A stretch of 64,000 nucleotides of DNA from an uncultured Gammaproteobacteria bacterium. GTDB taxonomy: Bacteria; Pseudomonadota; Gammaproteobacteria; UBA9214. The position numbers and the translations under genes are program-made. Numbering within the stretch: the first letter of the stretch is position 1; each line of letters opens with the position of its first letter. The notes beneath the pieces are model-generated. The model was not told the origin of the DNA. It was given only the letters and a program-made list of their open reading frames with translations, and did not search any database. The DNA is taken from positions 95,182-159,181 of the forward strand of contig CAWGNW010000009.1 in NCBI GenBank assembly GCA_963824045.1. The letters run 5' to 3'. This document shows positions 59,954 to 64,000 of the stretch, piece by piece.

Positions 59954-62521
59954 TTATGAATGCAGATCCTGTCGCAGCATCTCCTTCAGGAGATACAGCG
60001 CCTGCTGCGCCTCCCGGGGCGTCAGGTTGTCCGGGTCGATGGACTCCAGGGCCTCACGCAGGGGCTGCTCCTCCGCGGACTGGAACAGCGGCATCTGCGG
60101 CGTGGCGGCAATGGCCTCCACCGTCTTGTTCTGCTCCAGTTCCTGCAGCCGCTTGCGTGCCTGGAGTATGACATGCGCCGGCACACCGGCCAGCGCTGCG
60201 ACGTGCAGCCCGTAGCTGCGGTCGGCGGCGCCTTCCCGGACGGCATGCAGGAACACGATGCGGTCGTCGTGCTCGACCGCCTCCAGGTGGACGTTGACAA
60301 TGCCGGCATACTGTTCCGGCAGTTGCGTCAGCTCGAAATAGTGGGTGGCGAACAGGGTGAATGCCTTGACGCGCGTGGCCAGGTCGACGGCGCAGGCCCA
60401 GGCCAGCGACAGGCCATCGTAGGTGCTGGTGCCGCGGCCGATCTCGTCCATCAGCACCAGGCTGTGCGCCGTGGCGTTGTGCAGGATGTTGGCCGTCTCG
60501 ATCATTTCAACCATGAAGGTGGAGCGTCCGCCCGCCAGGTCGTCGGCGGCACCGATGCGGGAAAAGATGCGGTCGACCGGGCCGATGGTCGCCTTGTCCG
60601 CCGGGACGTAGCAGCCGATGTGGGCCAGCAGCACGATGAGCGCCGCCTGGCGCATGTAGGTCGACTTGCCGCCCATGTTCGGGCCGGTGATCACCTGCAT
60701 GCGCTGCCTGTCGTTGAGGTGGGTGTTGTTCGGGATAAAGGGTCCGTCCAGCAACTGTTCCACGACCAGGTGGCGGCCGTTCTCGATCATGATGCCCGGG
60801 CGCGTGTCGAGCGTGGGGCAGCCCAGGTTGAGCGTCAGGCTGCGCTCGGCGAAATTGGCCAGCACGTCGAGCCCGGAGAGCGCCTCGGCACACTGTCCCA
60901 GCGGCAGCAGCTGCGCCGTAAGGGTTTCGAGCAGCTCGTTGTAGAGTGACTTTTCCAGTGCCAGGGCGCGTTCGCGTGCACTCAGCACCTTGTCTTCGTG
61001 TTCCTTGAGTTCCGGCGTGATGTAGCGTTCCACGCCCTTCAGCGTCTGCCGCCGCTGGTAGTCCTGCGGGACCCTGTCCGCCTGCAGGCGGCTGACCTCG
61101 ATGTAGAAGCCGTGCACGCGGTTGTAGCGGATTTTCAGGTTGCCGATGCCGCTGCGTTCACGCTCGCGGTTTTCCATGTCCACCAGGATCCGGTCGCCGT
61201 GCTCACTGAGGTCGCGCAGTTCATCCAGGGTAGCGTTGTAGCCGGCGGCAAGCACGCCGCCATCGCGCAGCAGCAGCGGCGGCTGCTCCCGGATGGCGCT
61301 GGCAAGCAGGGCGTGGACATCGGGGTGCTCACCGGCCTGCCGGGCCAGGCTTGTGAGCAGCGGGTCATCGCAGCCGGCAAGCAGCGCCTGCAGTTCGGGC
61401 AGCAGGCCGAGGCTGTCACGCAGGCCGGCGAGGTCCCGCGGGCGGGCCGAGCGCAGCGCAATGCGGGTCAGGATGCGCTCGATGTCGGCGACGCCCCTGA
61501 GCAGCTCGTGCAGGTCGTCCGGCAGGGTGGTTTCCCGCAGCGCGCCGACGCACTGGTGCCGCTGCCGGAGCAGGTCGTGGTCGCGCAGCGGCCGGTGCAG
61601 CCAGCGCCGCAGCAGGCGGCCGCCCATGGCCGTCGCGGTGTGGTCCAGCACGCCCGCCAGCGTGTGCTCGCGGCGTCCGGAGACGGCGGCTTCCAGTTCG
61701 AGGTTGCGGCGCGTGGCGGCATCGAGCACCAGGCTGTCGCGGCGGTCCTCGACGCGCAGGGCGCGCAGGTGCGGCAGCTCGCTGCGCTGGGTGTTCTTCA
61801 CATACTGCAGCAGACCGCCGGCGGCGCCGATGGCGGCCGGCAGGTCCTCGCAGCCGAAGCCGCTCAGGTCGCGGGTGCCGAACTGCGTGTTCAGCAGGCG
61901 GCGTGCACTGTCGGTATCGAACAGCCAGGGCGGCTCGTGGCGCAGTCCATTGCGGCCCTCCAGTTCCGGCGGCAGGGTTACCGCCTCGTTGACGATGATT
62001 TCGGCCGGGCTGAGGCGCTGCAGTTCGCCCAGCAGCGCCTCGCTGCCCTGCAACTGCTGCACGCTGAAGCGGGCGCCCGCCAGGTCCAGCATGGCCAGGC
62101 CCCAGTGCTCGCCGCTGCGGCTGATCGCGACCAGCAGGTTGTCGCGGCGGTCTTCCAGCAGGGATTCCTCGGTGAGCGTGCCGGGGGTAATGATGCGCAC
62201 CACCTTGCGCTCCACCGGCCCCTTGCCGCCGACGTCGCCCACCTGTTCACAGATCGCGGCGGACTCGCCCTGGCGCACCAGGCGGCCAAGATACTGGTCG
62301 ATGGCGTGCACGGGCACGCCCGCCATGGGGATGGATTCACCGGCCGACTTGCCGCGCGCGGTCAGCGTGATGTCCAGCAGGTCGGCGGCACGCTTTGCGT
62401 CGGCGTAGAACAGTTCGTAGAAATCACCCATGCGGTAGAACAGCAGGATATCCGGGTGCTCGGCCTTGATACCCAGGTACTGTTGCATCATGGGGGTGTG
62501 GGCGGGCGGGGCGGTTGTCAT
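59954..62521 (-). CDS. mutS: DNA mismatch repair protein MutS
   Basis: [30 protein letters not shown] and Walker [13 protein letters not shown] 62521 is preferred over the TTG at 62530. Confidence 0.95.
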   Translation of the reverse strand: MTTAPPAHTPMMQQYLGIKAEHPDILLFYRMGDFYELFYADAKRAADLLDITLTARGKSAGESIPMAGVPVHAIDQYLGRLVRQGESAAICEQVGDVGGKGPVERKVVRIITPGTLTEESLLEDRRDNLLVAISRSGEHWGLAMLDLAGARFSVQQLQGSEALLGELQRLSPAEIIVNEAVTLPPELEGRNGLRHEPPWLFDTDSARRLLNTQFGTRDLSGFGCEDLPAAIGAAGGLLQYVKNTQRSELPHLRALRVEDRRDSLVLDAATRRNLELEAAVSGRREHTLAGVLDHTATAMGGRLLRRWLHRPLRDHDLLRQRHQCVGALRETTLPDDLHELLRGVADIERILTRIALRSARPRDLAGLRDSLGLLPELQALLAGCDDPLLTSLARQAGEHPDVHALLASAIREQPPLLLRDGGVLAAGYNATLDELRDLSEHGDRILVDMENRERERSGIGNLKIRYNRVHGFYIEVSRLQADRVPQDYQRRQTLKGVERYITPELKEHEDKVLSARERALALEKSLYNELLETLTAQLLPLGQCAEALSGLDVLANFAERSLTLNLGCPTLDTRPGIMIENGRHLVVEQLLDGPFIPNNTHLNDRQRMQVITGPNMGGKSTYMRQAALIVLLAHIGCYVPADKATIGPVDRIFSRIGAADDLAGGRSTFMVEMIETANILHNATAHSLVLMDEIGRGTSTYDGLSLAWACAVDLATRVKAFTLFATHYFELTQLPEQYAGIVNVHLEAVEHDDRIVFLHAVREGAADRSYGLHVAALAGVPAHVILQARKRLQELEQNKTVEAIAATPQMPLFQSAEEQPLREALESIDPDNLTPREAQQALYLLKEMLRQDLHS

Positions 62522-62574
62522 GGCGCGCAAGTCTAACTGATCGGATCGCGGCTGGGGTAATCTTGCAGGTGTTG

Positions 62575-62950
62575 TTGATTGGTGCAGGAGCGGTCTCTTT
62601 ATGCCCGTTCTTTGGGTACTGACCGCGATGTGGTCTCAACAATCGCGCCGAAGGGCGGCGTTTATGCCCACTGGGGTGCTCCTACAGGTGCATCTGGTTG
62701 GTGTAGGAGCGGTCACCTGACCGCGATGCGGTCTCAACAATCGCGCCGAAGGGCGGCGCTCCTACAGGTGCATCTGGTTGGTGTAGGAGCGGTCACCTGA
62801 CCGCGATGTGGTCTCAACAATCGCGCCGAAGGGCGGCGCTCCTACAGGTGCGTCGGGTGGGGGGAGGAGCGGCCCCTGGCCGCGATGCGGTCTCAACAAT
62901 CTCGCCGAAGGGCGGCGCTGTTGCACAGGTGCGGCTTGTCGGGGCGAAGG
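62575..62950. repeat. Tandem array of four REP-A units (periods about 98, 80 and 79 bp) in the divergent mutS/pncC intergenic region
   Basis: gaccgcgatg or ggccgcgatg recurs at 62621, 62719, 62799 and 62878. The unit is gtaggagcggtcacctgaccgcgatgcggtctcaacaatcgcgccgaagggcggcgctcctacaggtgcatctggttggt. Confidence 0.9.
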
Positions 62951-62991
62951 CTTTCCGCGATCATGCAGCCGATACGGGAGACATCAACGCG

Positions 62992-63480
62992 ATGCCTGAG
63001 CTTGATCAACTTGCACGGCAACTGGGCGAGCGCCTGCTGCAGCGGCGGCAGCGGGTTGCGGTGGCAGAATCCTGCACCGGCGGCTGGGTTGCCAAGTGCC
63101 TCACGGATATCGCAGGGAGTTCCGGCTGGTTTGACCGCGGTTTCGTCACCTACAGCAATGCCGCCAAGCGCGACATGCTGGGGGTCAGGGCAGCGACGCT
63201 GGGTATGGACGGTGCGGTGAGCGAACCGACCGTGCTCGCCATGGCCGCCGGTGCCCTGGCTCACAGCGAGGCCGATGTGGCACTTGCCATCAGCGGCATT
63301 GCCGGGCCGGGTGGGGCCGTGCCGGGCAAACCCGTGGGCACGGTGTGTTTTGCCTGGGCGCTTGCAGGCGGACTGCTGCAGGCGGATACACAACATTTCC
63401 CGGGAGACCGTGAAGCCGTGCGCCGCCAGGCCGTGGCCCACGGTCTGCGCGGGCTCATCGATGTGCTCGACCGCGACTGA
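62992..63480 (+). CDS. pncC: Nicotinamide-nucleotide amidase PncC (CinA C-terminal domain)
   Basis: VAVAESCTGGW...VTYSNAAK...AISGIAGPGG is the CinA-C signature. Confidence 0.88.
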   Translation: MPELDQLARQLGERLLQRRQRVAVAESCTGGWVAKCLTDIAGSSGWFDRGFVTYSNAAKRDMLGVRAATLGMDGAVSEPTVLAMAAGALAHSEADVALAISGIAGPGGAVPGKPVGTVCFAWALAGGLLQADTQHFPGDREAVRRQAVAHGLRGLIDVLDRD

Positions 63481-64000
63481 CCCGCGCCAGCGGCTGTTCT
63501 TCGCGCTGTGGCCCGACGCCGCAGCGCGCCAGGCCCTGGTGAAGTCCTCGCGGGAACTGCTGGGCCGGCGCGTCAAACAGGTGCCGGCGGAAAACCTGCA
63601 CATCACCCTGGCGTTTGCCGGGTCGGTGACTGCGCCGGTGCGTGACTGCCTGGAGGCGGCCGCCGGCGAAATTCACGCAGTCCCGTTCGAACTGACGCTC
63701 GACCATGCCGGCCACTGGCCCCGGCCACGCATCCTGTGGCTGGGGCCCACGCATACCCCGGTCGGCCTGTGGTCGCTGGTCGAGGTGTTGAACCGGGCGT
63801 TTGAAAGCTGCGGCCTGCAGCGGGAGCCCCGGCCGTTCCAGGCCCACGTCACCCTGGCGCGCAAGGTGGGCAGGGCGCCGCCGCTTGCCGTGCCGGTGCC
63901 GGTCACCTGGTCAATCAGCGATTTCAGTCTGGTGGAGTCGGTCACCGACTCTGGCGGGGCAAGTTATCAGCGACTCGTTACCTGGAAGCTGGATGGTGGC
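63461..64000 (+). CDS. thpR: RNA 2',3'-cyclic phosphodiesterase ThpR (LigT/2H family); 3' end outside the window
   Basis: The frame is open to the end of the window. It reads QRLFFALWPD.. with two HxTx motifs, HITLAF and HVTLAR. It overlaps the pncC end by 20 nt. Confidence 0.8.
   Translation, partial: MCSTATDPRQRLFFALWPDAAARQALVKSSRELLGRRVKQVPAENLHITLAFAGSVTAPVRDCLEAAAGEIHAVPFELTLDHAGHWPRPRILWLGPTHTPVGLWSLVEVLNRAFESCGLQREPRPFQAHVTLARKVGRAPPLAVPVPVTWSISDFSLVESVTDSGGASYQRLVTWKLDGG

Noticed and set aside
62575-62950. The 80-bp array as a possible CRISPR locus
   Set aside because: The inter-repeat segments are themselves identical between units (atctggttggt...), so there are no unique spacers. 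The units are long and multi-hairpin, and no cas genes are present.
62579-62991. ORFs 62579-62800, 62808-62999 and 62885-63220, and the N-terminal extension of 62806-63480
   Set aside because: They are generated by reading through the REP-A tandem array and repeat the peptide [13 protein letters not shown]. The real pncC starts at ATG 62992.

Overview
GC-rich core-chromosome segment with gammaproteobacterial gene order (my inference from synteny, no search run). About 60 protein genes are packed tightly on both strands. They include the rpsF-rpsR-(membrane protein)-rplI-dnaB-alr block, radA, ffh, rpsP-rimM-trmD-rplS, ogt, htpG, hslR, adk, divergent glgP/glgX, nfeD-SPFH, xerD-dsbC, an addB-addA pair, fdxA, mutS and pncC-thpR. 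There are also many transporters (CorC-like, CDF, CPA2, SLC13, EamA, SulP, Na/Pi) and thiol-redox proteins (msrB, two thioredoxin-type proteins, DsbA-like, DsbC). I found no rRNA, tRNA, CRISPR array, transposase, phage block or recognisable defence island, and no clearly novel multi-gene system. The observations most worth a second look are listed here. (1) Seven single-base (+1) frame disruptions sit in otherwise well-conserved genes (ffh x2, trmD x2, ogt, glgX, addA), all in the same direction. (2) A textbook sigma-54 -24/-12 promoter plus an intrinsic terminator brackets a roughly 190-nt non-coding transcript in the ffh-rpsP spacer. (3) A structured REP-like repeat family occurs at four loci, including a four-unit tandem array of about 80 bp between mutS and pncC; copies also supply or abut stop codons of neighbouring genes. 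(4) A MITE-like element with 12-bp terminal inverted repeats lies between fdxA and addB. (5) A PilZ c-di-GMP receptor with two FHA-like modules is translationally packed behind msrB. (6) A MoxR-type AAA+ ATPase and its HExxH-VWA partner are split by an opposite-strand Na/Pi transporter. (7) A Cys-containing 20-codon upstream ORF precedes a SulP permease. (8) An ACP-PlsC fusion protein is present. Product calls come from reading the supplied translations against remembered family motifs. No database search was run.
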